A stretch of DNA of 64,000 nucleotides from Candidatus Omnitrophota bacterium. GTDB lineage: Bacteria > Ratteibacteria > UBA8468 > B48-G9 > DTJG01. The position numbers were made by a program, and so were the translations under genes. Under the pieces are notes generated by a model. It had not been told where the DNA came from. It searched no databases and was given only the letters and a program-made list of their open reading frames with translations. Where the stretch lies: positions 1,657-65,656 of the forward strand of contig JAMWBU010000005.1 of the NCBI GenBank assembly GCA_023819255.1, given 5' to 3'. Of the stretch, positions 30,570 through 38,465 are shown piece by piece. Positions within the stretch are counted from its first letter, which is position 1; each line of letters begins with the position of its first letter.

Positions 30570-31646
30570 ATGGGTAAGAATTTAGTTAGAGTGGCGATTT
30601 TAGGTCAGGGAAGAAGCGGTAGGGACATTCATGGCCGCTATCTATTTTCAGCAAAAGATAAATATATGATTGTCGCTGCATGTGATGTTTTACCGGATAG
30701 ACGGAAAAGGGCCGCACAGGAATATGGATGCGATGTTTATTCTGATTACAGAGAGATTCTTAAAAGAAAAGATATAGATTTATTTATTAATGCGCTTCCC
30801 AGCCATCTTCATGCCTGTGTGACAGAAGAAATTTTGAATGCAGGTTTTAATGTGCTGTGTGATAAACCACTTGCAAAAAAAGTAAAAGAGGTTGACAGGC
30901 TTATAAAAACCGCCAAAAAGAAGAAAAAGTTGCTTGCGATTTTTCAGCAATCAAGATATTCACCAGCATTTCAGCAGATAAAAAAAATTATAAAATCAGG
31001 AGTTCTCGGCAGGATTGTCCAGATAAGTATCGCATACAACGGCTTTTCAAGAAGGTGGGACTGGCAGACCCTTCAAAGATTTTATGGCGGAAGCTTATTA
31101 AATACAGGTCCTCATCCGCTTGACCAGGCTTTGAATCTTTTGAATACGGATAAAATGCCAGAAGTTACCTGCACAATGGATAGAGTAAATACATATGGCG
31201 ATGCAGAGGACTATGTGAAAATACTTTTGCGCACGCCAGGAAAACCGCTTATAGACCTCGAAATATCTTCCTGCTGCGCGTACCCATGTTTTAACTACAA
31301 TATTCAGGCAAGCAGGGGAGGACTGAAAGGCACATTGACTCATCTGGAATGGAAGTATTATAAACCGCAGGAAGCGCCAGAAAGGAAATTGCAAACCTCT
31401 CCACTGGCGCAACCTGACGGTACGCCTGCCTATTGCAGTGAAACGCTCAAGTTTTATGAGGAAAAATGGGATCTTCCTGAACAGCAGAAAGATCTGTTTA
31501 TGACAATGACAGACGCCTTTTACAACATGCTTTATGATGCGATTGTTCGTGGGAAAAAACTTGAGATCACCCCGCAACAGGTCCGTCAGCAAATAGCAGT
31601 AATTGAAAAATGCCACAAGCAGAACAAAAACATATACAGAAAGTAA
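30570..31646 (+). CDS. Gfo/Idh/MocA family oxidoreductase
   Basis: 358 aa. N-terminal Rossmann VRVAILGQGRSG and the EKPLA motif (CDKPLAKK). Confidence 0.7.
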   Translation: MGKNLVRVAILGQGRSGRDIHGRYLFSAKDKYMIVAACDVLPDRRKRAAQEYGCDVYSDYREILKRKDIDLFINALPSHLHACVTEEILNAGFNVLCDKPLAKKVKEVDRLIKTAKKKKKLLAIFQQSRYSPAFQQIKKIIKSGVLGRIVQISIAYNGFSRRWDWQTLQRFYGGSLLNTGPHPLDQALNLLNTDKMPEVTCTMDRVNTYGDAEDYVKILLRTPGKPLIDLEISSCCAYPCFNYNIQASRGGLKGTLTHLEWKYYKPQEAPERKLQTSPLAQPDGTPAYCSETLKFYEEKWDLPEQQKDLFMTMTDAFYNMLYDAIVRGKKLEITPQQVRQQIAVIEKCHKQNKNIYRK

Positions 31647-31816
31647 AAAAGATAAAATTGATTAGTTTCTAGCACCTTAATCCCTTACCAAAAAACAGCA
31701 TCTAAAACTCTGCTAAACTCTTAATCTTTTTCTTCTTTCCCTTGTTTTAATCAGAACAAGAAACAAAAGCGAAACAAAAACCACAAAAGGCAGCGAAACC
31801 CTTTTCTTGAATTTAT

Positions 31817-32551
31817 TTGATGGCTGATGTATTATTTTTTGGAGGTGAAAAAATGAAAACAGGGATAAAGATACTCGGTTTGATTGCCGCTTTTTGTTTG
31901 TTTTGTGAATTAACATTGGGAGGTGATAAAAAAATGGAACAAAATATTAAATGGCTGGGACATGCCAGTATTCTCATTGAAAAGGATGGTAAAAAAATCT
32001 ATGTTGACCCGTGGAAACTGAAATCAGGCAAAGCAGACATAATTCTTATAACCCATTCTCATTACGATCATTGCAGCATTGAGGATATAAATAAGATTGC
32101 AACTGATAAAACCACTATAATTGCAACCCCGGATAGCATTGAAAAAATAGCAAAAGGCATCAGGAAAAAGATTTCGCCAGGAACTGAAATTGACCTCGGG
32201 TGGGTAAAGATCGCAGGCGTACCTGCTTATAACATCAACAAGCAATATCACCCGAAATCGAATAACTGGGTTGGATATGTCATCAAGTTTTCTGATGCTT
32301 CAATCTATGTCGCAGGAGATACTGATTTTATCCCTGAAATGAAAAATATCCAGGCGGATATAGTGATATTTCCTGTTGGCGGAACATATACTATGAATGC
32401 GCAGGAAGCAGCCCAGGCAGTAAACACAATAAAACCAAAGTTAGCGATACCAATTCATTTTGGAGACATTGTAGGCTCTAAATCGGATGCTGAAAAATTT
32501 GCTTCTCTTGTAAAGGAATCTCAGGTGAAAATCCTGACGCCTGAAGAATAA
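31817..32551 (+). CDS. MBL-fold metallo-hydrolase, probable lipoprotein
   Basis: 244 aa. Signal peptide plus HxHxDH motif (ITHSHYDHC). The true start may be the downstream MKTGIKILG. Confidence 0.65.
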   Translation: MMADVLFFGGEKMKTGIKILGLIAAFCLFCELTLGGDKKMEQNIKWLGHASILIEKDGKKIYVDPWKLKSGKADIILITHSHYDHCSIEDINKIATDKTTIIATPDSIEKIAKGIRKKISPGTEIDLGWVKIAGVPAYNINKQYHPKSNNWVGYVIKFSDASIYVAGDTDFIPEMKNIQADIVIFPVGGTYTMNAQEAAQAVNTIKPKLAIPIHFGDIVGSKSDAEKFASLVKESQVKILTPEE

Positions 32552-32582
32552 TCTTTTTACGCTGACAGGAAAAATAGCGCAA

Positions 32583-33053
32583 CTACCTTGGCCTTACCCT
32601 TGCTGTGCCATCAGAAGCATAGATTACCTGAACTGAATCACCTGGCTTGAAATTGTCCTGATCGGTCTTTTCCTGAATAATCGCGACTGTTCTTCCATCC
32701 TCAAGTTTTACGGTAATTTCAAGACCGACCTTTGTGGTAACCTTTTTTTCGATAGCGCCGCCCGCGACTGCTCCTGCCACTCCGCCAATAATTGTGGCTG
32801 CTGTTCTTCCTCTTCCCTCGCCAATGCTCTGACCAACAGCGGCTCCTGCAGCAGCGCCAGTAATGGTTCCAGCAGGACCTGCCTGACCTTCAATGGTAAC
32901 CTGGTTCACTGTCACAACTGTGCCGTAGTAAACTGTCTGCATTTTTCTTGCTTCATCCCTTTGATAGCTGGATCCGCTCATAGGCGTCTGGCAACCTGAA
33001 AACAGCACAATCAACGCCAGAAGCAAAATTCCTGCTGAAAAAAACTTTTTCAT
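32583..33053 (-). CDS. Glycine-zipper (SlyB/17-kDa antigen-like) outer-membrane lipoprotein
   Basis: 156 aa. Lipoprotein signal (LFSGCQTP) and a Gly/Ala zipper (AGTITGAAAGAAVGQSIGEGRG...IIGGVAGAVAGGAI). Confidence 0.55.
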   Translation of the reverse strand: MKKFFSAGILLLALIVLFSGCQTPMSGSSYQRDEARKMQTVYYGTVVTVNQVTIEGQAGPAGTITGAAAGAAVGQSIGEGRGRTAATIIGGVAGAVAGGAIEKKVTTKVGLEITVKLEDGRTVAIIQEKTDQDNFKPGDSVQVIYASDGTARVRPR

Positions 33054-33193
33054 TTTCCCTCCCTGTCAGTTTTCGAATTCCCTCATTTATTATATTCACT
33101 TTCATAAATTTTGACAATCGAAATGAAGAAAAGTTTATTAAAAAATACAATTCAGAACCTGCCAGCCTTATTGATTGGAAGTGCCAAAGGGCG

Positions 33194-33287
33194 GGCGGTG
33201 TGTATTTGAAAAAATCCGAACCGATTTCATTAACGGGCTCGGCGGGCGGACTTCCCCCCGAAGAACCCCCCTTCCGCCCGCCTCGCC
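33194..33287. repeat. IR1-L: 94-bp perfect inverted repeat, left copy (GC-rich, internal GGCGGGCGGA...TCCGCCCGCC palindrome)
   Basis: Exact reverse complement of 35020..35113, verified base by base. About 60% GC in an AT-rich context. A 7-nt imperfect extension runs to 33295. Confidence 0.9.
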
Positions 33288-33301
33288 CGAAAGCGAAAAG
33301 G

Positions 33302-33338
33302 ACGATTTCAAGTTTTTCTTTGGCGGCAAATTCTTTTA
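33302..33338. repeat. 37-nt inverted copy of the serine recombinase 5' coding region (codons about 27-39, KEFAAKEKLEIV)
   Basis: Exact reverse complement of 35336..35372 inside the recombinase gene. Sits 14 nt from IR1-L and 2 nt past the endonuclease stop. Confidence 0.85.
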
Positions 33339-33340
33339 TT

Positions 33341-33835
33341 TTATTTAGTATCTTGATAAATAACTTTTCCATTTTGCTTTGCCCATTCTTCAGAAAAACC
33401 GACATGGGATATTTTATTACTACTCCGGTCTAACTGACGTTCGGTCTCTTTCAATAAAACCCTTGGTTCAATTTCATAAATTATTTTTACGCGTAAAGGG
33501 TCTTTTTTGTAAAAAATTGCTAAATAAATCATCTTATTTCTGGTAATTCTTAAAAGCGATTCGGCGCGTTTATCAGCTGGTTCCTTGAACATTCTATCTA
33601 ATTGACCCGTGCCACCTTCATAACAAGTAAGATACTCATACTTAATATTCGGATTGTTTCTATCTCTGGCATCTGCATCTCTTTTTGAGGCTATTACCTC
33701 ATGCCCTAGTATTTCAGAAACTATCATTTCTTTTACTAACCCCGGTTGTAAAATATTTGGTATTCCTACTTGTAATGCTAACTCTTGGGCTCTTTTAACC
33801 AACCTTATAATTTCAGATATTATTTTTTGTATCAT
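33341..33835 (-). CDS. Type II restriction endonuclease, PvuII-like
   Basis: 164 aa. Aligns along its length with R.PvuII as I recall it: AQELALQVGIPNILQ vs QDLALKHGINDIFQ, a DA.D....YEY catalytic-region motif, and IYLAIFY / IEP segments near the C-terminus. Follows the MTase gene after 9 nt. Confidence 0.5.
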   Translation of the reverse strand: MIQKIISEIIRLVKRAQELALQVGIPNILQPGLVKEMIVSEILGHEVIASKRDADARDRNNPNIKYEYLTCYEGGTGQLDRMFKEPADKRAESLLRITRNKMIYLAIFYKKDPLRVKIIYEIEPRVLLKETERQLDRSSNKISHVGFSEEWAKQNGKVIYQDTK

Positions 33836-33844
33836 AATAATTCG

Positions 33845-34636
33845 CTAAAATAATCGAGAAGACAGATTTAATTCTATGTCATTTAATCTTTTTTGGCAAA
33901 TATTAACCATATCGGAATTTATTTCAATCCCTATAAAATTTCTTTTTAATTCTTTACAAACCACCAATGTTGTCCCAGTACCTGCAAATGGATCAAGAAC
34001 TAAATCTCCTTCATTTGAGCTAGCTTTTACAATTCTTTCGATCAATTTTTTGGGTTTTTGAATTGTATTCAAAAAATCCTTCGATAACAATTCCTTAGAT
34101 TTATAGGTAAGTTGTTTAATATCACCCCAAACATCTCCCGGATTTTTACCTTTTTCATTAAATTTTGTCTTTGGAAATTTCCCATTAATTACTGATGGTA
34201 CTTTTTCACACCTTCTCCTGTGCTCTAATTCAACTAATTGAGGAACGCGAATCAAATCTAGGTTAAAGACTTTTGCTTTCCCTTTGGTAAAATAAGCAAT
34301 AATATCATAGTTATTTGTAAAAGTTGTTCTTCCTTGCCCCAGTCTGCTGGGCTGATACCATACGATTTTAGAATTCAAGGTTAAGAATGGTCTATAATCA
34401 ATAAAATCTATACAATCTGGCTTTCCAAAAAGATATAGTGCGCCTCCCTTTTTCAAGACACGCGAAAACATTTTTATCAATCCTAAATTATATTCTTGAA
34501 TATTCCTTAACCTATCCCAACCGTTTTTAGTAACTCCATAAGGACCATCACATACTATTAAATCGATTGATTCATCTTCAATTTCATCTAACAACTTCCA
34601 ACAATCACCTTTGTAAATTTTATTAACCTCTATCAT
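33845..34636 (-). CDS. DNA methyltransferase (beta-class N4-cytosine/N6-adenine; motif IV before motif I)
   Basis: 263 aa. GDCWKLL, DLIVCDGPYGV (motif IV variant of D/SPPY) and LDPFAGTGTT (motif I). Typical Type II M-subunit size. Confidence 0.8.
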   Translation of the reverse strand: MIEVNKIYKGDCWKLLDEIEDESIDLIVCDGPYGVTKNGWDRLRNIQEYNLGLIKMFSRVLKKGGALYLFGKPDCIDFIDYRPFLTLNSKIVWYQPSRLGQGRTTFTNNYDIIAYFTKGKAKVFNLDLIRVPQLVELEHRRRCEKVPSVINGKFPKTKFNEKGKNPGDVWGDIKQLTYKSKELLSKDFLNTIQKPKKLIERIVKASSNEGDLVLDPFAGTGTTLVVCKELKRNFIGIEINSDMVNICQKRLNDIELNLSSRLF

Positions 34637-34638
34637 AT

Positions 34639-34854
34639 TTATTTCTTGATCAATTCTTCTATTGTTATATTTAATGTTTTTGCAATTTTCGCCATAACAA
34701 AAACTGACGGCTTTTTAATGACTCCGGTTTCAATTTTGGTAAGGGTGGTATAAGGAATATCCGCTTTCCTAGCGAATTCGTCTTGGGAAAGTTCAAGTTT
34801 AAGCCGCAACGCCTTTATTTTCTTGCCCAATTTATTTCCTTGATTATTTTCCAT
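34639..34854 (-). CDS. Controller (C) protein of R-M system, XRE-family helix-turn-helix
   Basis: 71 aa. LRLKLELSQDEFARKADIPYTTLTKIETG is a canonical XRE HTH. 2-nt gap to the MTase gene (C-M-R co-oriented). Confidence 0.65.
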   Translation of the reverse strand: MENNQGNKLGKKIKALRLKLELSQDEFARKADIPYTTLTKIETGVIKKPSVFVMAKIAKTLNITIEELIKK

Positions 34855-35019
34855 AATTTGATAACATTATATTGTTTTGCTATAATTCTATACAAATATA
34901 TGATAACAAATAAAAGTAAAACAATCAAGAATAAGAAAAGCCCGCTTCTGGCCAAAATAAAGTTCGAGCCGACATTTTTTCAAGTTCTGTGGCGGTTTGC
35001 CTTTCCGCTTCCGCTTTCA

Positions 35020-35113
35020 GGCGAGGCGGGCGGAAGGGGGGTTCTTCGGGGGGAAGTCCGCCCGCCGAGCCCGTTAATGAAATCGGTTCGGATTTTTTCA
35101 AATACACACCGCC
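35020..35113. repeat. IR1-R: 94-bp perfect inverted repeat, right copy
   Basis: Reverse complement of 33194..33287. Flanked on the inner side by an 18/20 inverted match (34984-35003) to recombinase nt 35388-35407. Confidence 0.9.
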
Positions 35114-35149
35114 AAACGGTAAAAGTTCTTGCTGGCTCGCCCTCTGCGA
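35109..35149. repeat. IR2-L: 41-bp perfect inverted repeat, left copy (inverted copy of the tRNA-Ser 3' end plus flank)
   Basis: Exact reverse complement of 36662..36702. Overlaps IR1-R by the 5-nt CCGCC/GGCGG core. Lies about 105 bp upstream of the recombinase start. Confidence 0.9.
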
Positions 35150-35253
35150 GAGCGCAAAGTGCGCTCCAGCCGATTTTGAAGCTGAAATTTAATTTTTTGT
35201 CTTTGTTCCGCCGAAGGCGGAACGCCAGAAGCGAGCTTTTCTAAATTAAGACC

Positions 35254-36975
35254 ATGAAATACTTTATCTATTGCAGAAAATCAACGGATTCAGAAGAAAG
35301 ACAAGTTTTGAGTATTGAAGCTCAGCTTGCTGAGCTAAAAGAATTTGCCGCCAAAGAAAAACTTGAAATCGTTGCCTCGCTTTGTGAGGCGCAAACCGCC
35401 AAAGAACCTGGCCGAAAAATTTTCGGAGAAATGTTAGACCGGATTTGCGCTGGCGAAGCCAGCGGAATTTTGGCTTGGCACCCGGACAGATTAGCAAGAA
35501 ATTCAATAGACGGCGGAAAAATAATTTATCTGCTGGACACGGGAAAGATTAAAGATTTGAAGTTCCCGACATTTTGGTTTGAGAATACGCCGCAGGGGAA
35601 ATTCATGCTTTCCATCGCTTTTGGACAAAGCAAATACTATGTGGACAATTTAAGCGAGAACATCAAACGGGGACACCGCCAAAAACTGCGAAAAGGAATT
35701 TGGCCGGGCTTCGCGCCGCTTGGCTATCTTAATAATCACAGAACAAAGGAAGTAGATTTAGACAGAGATAAAGCACCCTTTATCAAAAAAGCATTTGAGC
35801 TTTACGCTACTGGCGACTACACATTAAAAGCCATAAGGCAATTTTTGGCGGATAGCGGAATAACGAGTTATAGAAAGAAACCGCTTTCTGTTTCCTGTGT
35901 CCAGCGAATGCTCAAAAATCATTTTTATTACGGAGTATTTAAGTTTAACAATGAAGTTTATCAGGGGAGCCATGGGCCAATTATTTCCAAGAAACTTTTT
36001 GATTCTGTTCAACAAGTGATGAATAATCGAGGCAAGAAGAAAAGAAAGAGAAAACACGAGTTTGCTTTTTCCGGTTTTATGCGTTGCGGAAATTGCGGCT
36101 GTATGATAACCGCCGAAAAACAAAAAGGGCATAACTACTATCGATGCACCAAGAAAAAGCAAAAATGCGAGGAAAAGTATTTAAGAGAAGAAAGTCTTGT
36201 TGAACAGATGAGAGATTTTATTCAAAAAGTTTCTTTGCCTGATGATTGGGCGGAAAATATGCTTGCCGAGTTAGATAAAGAAAAAGAGCAAGCTAAAAAA
36301 GATGGAGAAAATTTTGTTCAAAATCTCCAAAATCAAAAAACCGAAGTCGAACAGAAAATTGAAAAGCTTTTAGACCTCTACATCGCCGGCGGAGCTTTGA
36401 CGCTTGAAGAATATCAAACCAAGAAACAAAAACTGCTCAACGAAAAACTGGATATTGAGCAAAAAATCCGAGATTTTGAACAATCGGGGAATAATTGGCT
36501 CGAACCGATGAAAGAAATGATTTTTGAGGCGAAACAAGCCAAAATTCTATTGTCGCAAGGCGACAATCAGCAAATCATAACATTTCTAAAAAATGTCGGC
36601 TCGAACTTTATTTTGAAAGACAAAAAATTAAATTTCCGCTTCAAAATCGGCTGGCGAGCCATCGCAGAGGGCGAGCCAGCAAGAACTTTTACCGTTTGGC
36701 GGAGGGGGTGGGATTCGAACCCACGTCCCGATTACTCGAGAACACGCTTTCCAAGCGTGCGCACTCGGCCACTATGCGACCCCTCCACTGGGATTCAATT
36801 ACTGGCTGGCTTGTCTTGCAAACAGCTTTGCCGGAAATTCATAACCTGCTTTGATACGTTTTTCAAGAAGCTTTTTTGCTCTTCTGTTGAGTCGTTCAAA
36901 TGGAATAACGCCTTTTTCAAATTCTTTAAGCTGCTGTCTCGCAACACAACTACGCCTGTGATAGTGTTTCGCTAA
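35254..36975 (+). CDS. Large serine recombinase (resolvase/integrase family); 3' end of ORF runs antisense through tRNA-Ser and is probably not native
   Basis: N-terminal catalytic domain YCRKSTDSEERQVLSIEAQ (Ser nucleophile), resolvase core, zinc-ribbon (CGNCGCMITAEK...YYRCTKK) and coiled-coil (EQKIEKLLDLYIAGG) typical of large serine recombinases. No in-frame stop until 36975. Residues about 470-512 (..TFTVWRRGWDSNPRPDY..) are encoded on the strand opposite IR2-R and tRNA-Ser. Confidence 0.8.
   Translation: MKYFIYCRKSTDSEERQVLSIEAQLAELKEFAAKEKLEIVASLCEAQTAKEPGRKIFGEMLDRICAGEASGILAWHPDRLARNSIDGGKIIYLLDTGKIKDLKFPTFWFENTPQGKFMLSIAFGQSKYYVDNLSENIKRGHRQKLRKGIWPGFAPLGYLNNHRTKEVDLDRDKAPFIKKAFELYATGDYTLKAIRQFLADSGITSYRKKPLSVSCVQRMLKNHFYYGVFKFNNEVYQGSHGPIISKKLFDSVQQVMNNRGKKKRKRKHEFAFSGFMRCGNCGCMITAEKQKGHNYYRCTKKKQKCEEKYLREESLVEQMRDFIQKVSLPDDWAENMLAELDKEKEQAKKDGENFVQNLQNQKTEVEQKIEKLLDLYIAGGALTLEEYQTKKQKLLNEKLDIEQKIRDFEQSGNNWLEPMKEMIFEAKQAKILLSQGDNQQIITFLKNVGSNFILKDKKLNFRFKIGWRAIAEGEPARTFTVWRRGWDSNPRPDYSRTRFPSVRTRPLCDPSTGIQLLAGLSCKQLCRKFITCFDTFFKKLFCSSVESFKWNNAFFKFFKLLSRNTTTPVIVFR
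36662..36702. repeat. IR2-R: 41-bp perfect inverted repeat, right copy (covers the last 6 nt of tRNA-Ser incl. CCA plus 35 nt of 3' flank)
   Basis: Reverse complement of 35109..35149, verified base by base. Lies inside the recombinase reading frame. Confidence 0.9.
36697..36786 (-). tRNA. tRNA-Ser (anticodon GGA), type II with long variable arm, CCA encoded
   Basis: Manual fold of the reverse complement: acceptor GGAGGGG/CCCCTCC, D-stem GCA/TGC, anticodon stem CACGC/GCGTG with loop TTGGAAA (anticodon GGA), 18-nt variable arm, T-stem GTGGG/CCCAC with TTCGAAT loop, discriminator G, CCA. Confidence 0.85.
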
Positions 36976-36996
36976 TAATTTCTGCTGTTTTTTCAT
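36799..36996 (-). CDS. Hypothetical small basic protein
   Basis: 65 aa, Lys/Arg-rich. Good RBS (GGAGG 6 nt upstream of ATG). No recognisable family. Overlaps the implausible tail of the recombinase ORF on the other strand. Confidence 0.3.
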   Translation of the reverse strand: MKKQQKLLAKHYHRRSCVARQQLKEFEKGVIPFERLNRRAKKLLEKRIKAGYEFPAKLFARQASQ

Positions 36997-37073
36997 CCAT
37001 AACCTCCGCGTAATCCCTCAATTGATATTTTACTTGAATAGATAAGTTGATGTCAAAAAAACAGTTGATTTTT

Positions 37074-38432
37074 CTACTTTTCTTGTTTCTTTAATTTACA
37101 GATCAGTTCTTTCATTTTTTTCACTGGTTCAACCCTTGAAAGGGCGTATTTTTTTATCCATACATTTGGCACAAGGCCCCTGTGAGTTTTTTCCCATTCT
37201 CTCGCAGATTCCTTTACTTTCTTCAATAACTCAAAAATCGCTTTTCTTGCATTCTTTGCTCTCACTGGATTTATTCTTTCTGGTTCACCTGCAAGATGCG
37301 CCTGCTGAAGATAGTTTCTGAAAACAAAAAATGCTGTATCTCGATTTTTTTGAAGCTCTTCAGAAACCTGACGGCATTTTTGAAAATGCCCGGTGCCTAT
37401 ACCCTGATTCTGGCAGTGCTTTAAAAACGCATCTGCCCATTCAGAAGCTTTCTCCGGAATATCTCCATCCCAGGCAATTTTGCCGGCAAGTGCAAGAGTA
37501 TGAAGGCTTGCCTCAATTCCTTCACAGGGGCTGACAAATGTGTTATAACGGCTCCAGCCAGTGGCAATCACGCCTTCCATTTTCATCTCACGGGCATATT
37601 TTACCCACTGGTGCATATTGATGGTTCTCGACTCAATATTAGGAACATCAACATAGGCCCCTTCTGCGCCCTTGAAAGCAGAAGCTGCCCAGATTCTGCA
37701 GCTTGCTTTTTTGAATTTTTCCATAGTTTCCTTTTTAACAAATGTGAACGGGTCCTTAGAATAACTCCAGCACATAAGGTCTGTATGCTTTGCTATTCTT
37801 TTCAGTTCTGTTATGTTCCAGTTCCTCATCATATCGTCCCAGATGATGGGTCTGATGCCGTTTTTATTTAGAAATTCTAAAATTGGCTCAATGTGACCAA
37901 GATATAATTTGGCTTTGCCATTATTCTGAACAAATTTTTTGCATTTATCACAGGAACCTAAACTCCATACCTCGTCACCGCCGACATGAAAGTACTTGAT
38001 GTTTTTGTGTGTTAAAAGAATATCCTTGATCATATCAAGTATGATTTCACGAGACCCCTTTTTCAAGGGACAGATGTCGCTGACATTATCAGGAATCTCG
38101 CGAAGATATTTGAACCTTCTTTTAGAAAGCACATTCTCCAGATGGCCGAAGGATTGTACAAGGGGAATTATCTCTATGCCAAGTTTTTCAGCCCTGGCGA
38201 GAAACTTCTTTATTGTTGATAACGAGTATGCGGTTTCATTTCGTAAAACTGTATATGTTTTCCATGGATAGGTATCTTCCCACTCCACCAGTACGCAGTT
38301 TATTCTTGCCTGATGGAGAAGATCTAGGATTTCCAGTAATCTTGCTGAAGAAGGCGGAAGACCTTTCAAATCAAGATGAATTCCTCTCATTTCAACTGCT
38401 GGTTGATTTCTTAAAAAAAATTTCTCAGACAT
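37074..38432 (-). CDS. Glycoside hydrolase family 20-like beta-N-acetylhexosaminidase catalytic domain protein
   Basis: 452 aa. TIM-barrel with HVGGDE motif (FHVGGDEVW) and conserved Trp/Asp pattern of GH20. No signal peptide. Confidence 0.6.
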   Translation of the reverse strand: MSEKFFLRNQPAVEMRGIHLDLKGLPPSSARLLEILDLLHQARINCVLVEWEDTYPWKTYTVLRNETAYSLSTIKKFLARAEKLGIEIIPLVQSFGHLENVLSKRRFKYLREIPDNVSDICPLKKGSREIILDMIKDILLTHKNIKYFHVGGDEVWSLGSCDKCKKFVQNNGKAKLYLGHIEPILEFLNKNGIRPIIWDDMMRNWNITELKRIAKHTDLMCWSYSKDPFTFVKKETMEKFKKASCRIWAASAFKGAEGAYVDVPNIESRTINMHQWVKYAREMKMEGVIATGWSRYNTFVSPCEGIEASLHTLALAGKIAWDGDIPEKASEWADAFLKHCQNQGIGTGHFQKCRQVSEELQKNRDTAFFVFRNYLQQAHLAGEPERINPVRAKNARKAIFELLKKVKESAREWEKTHRGLVPNVWIKKYALSRVEPVKKMKELICKLKKQEK

Positions 38433-38465
38433 GTCGTCTCCTGTGTAAATGGAATTTTGTATTAT

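Larger units (their letters stand above)
33194..36702. mobile_element. Putative integrated/invertible island: IR1-bracketed PvuII-like C-M-R cassette plus IR2-bracketed large serine recombinase, abutting tRNA-Ser
   Basis: Nested perfect inverted repeats (94 bp and 41 bp) share a GGCGG core. A recombinase gene is present. The R-M genes are AT-rich and the repeats GC-rich relative to flanks. The island ends at a tRNA 3' end. Confidence 0.5.

Noticed and set aside
31720-31800. Short CGAAAC/GCGAAAC reiterations that superficially resemble a repeat array
   Set aside because: Only 3 irregular, very short copies with no regular spacers, so not a CRISPR array. Likely just A-rich intergenic sequence upstream of the MBL-hydrolase gene.
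33200-35192. ORFs 33200..33433(+), 32953..33405(-), 34925..35107(-), 34989..35192(+) encoding proline-rich peptides
   Set aside because: These are translations of the GC-rich inverted repeats. The identical peptide on both strands is an artefact of the repeat, not a gene.
36690-36975. C-terminal 95 codons of the recombinase ORF as genuine protein
   Set aside because: This region is the antisense of a well-formed tRNA-Ser and a neighbouring RBS-bearing ORF, with no domain features. More likely read-through of a truncated gene.
36799-36996. Small basic ORF considered as ribosomal protein S21 or another r-protein
   Set aside because: The sequence does not match S21/L32 signatures I can recall. 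Kept only as a hypothetical protein.
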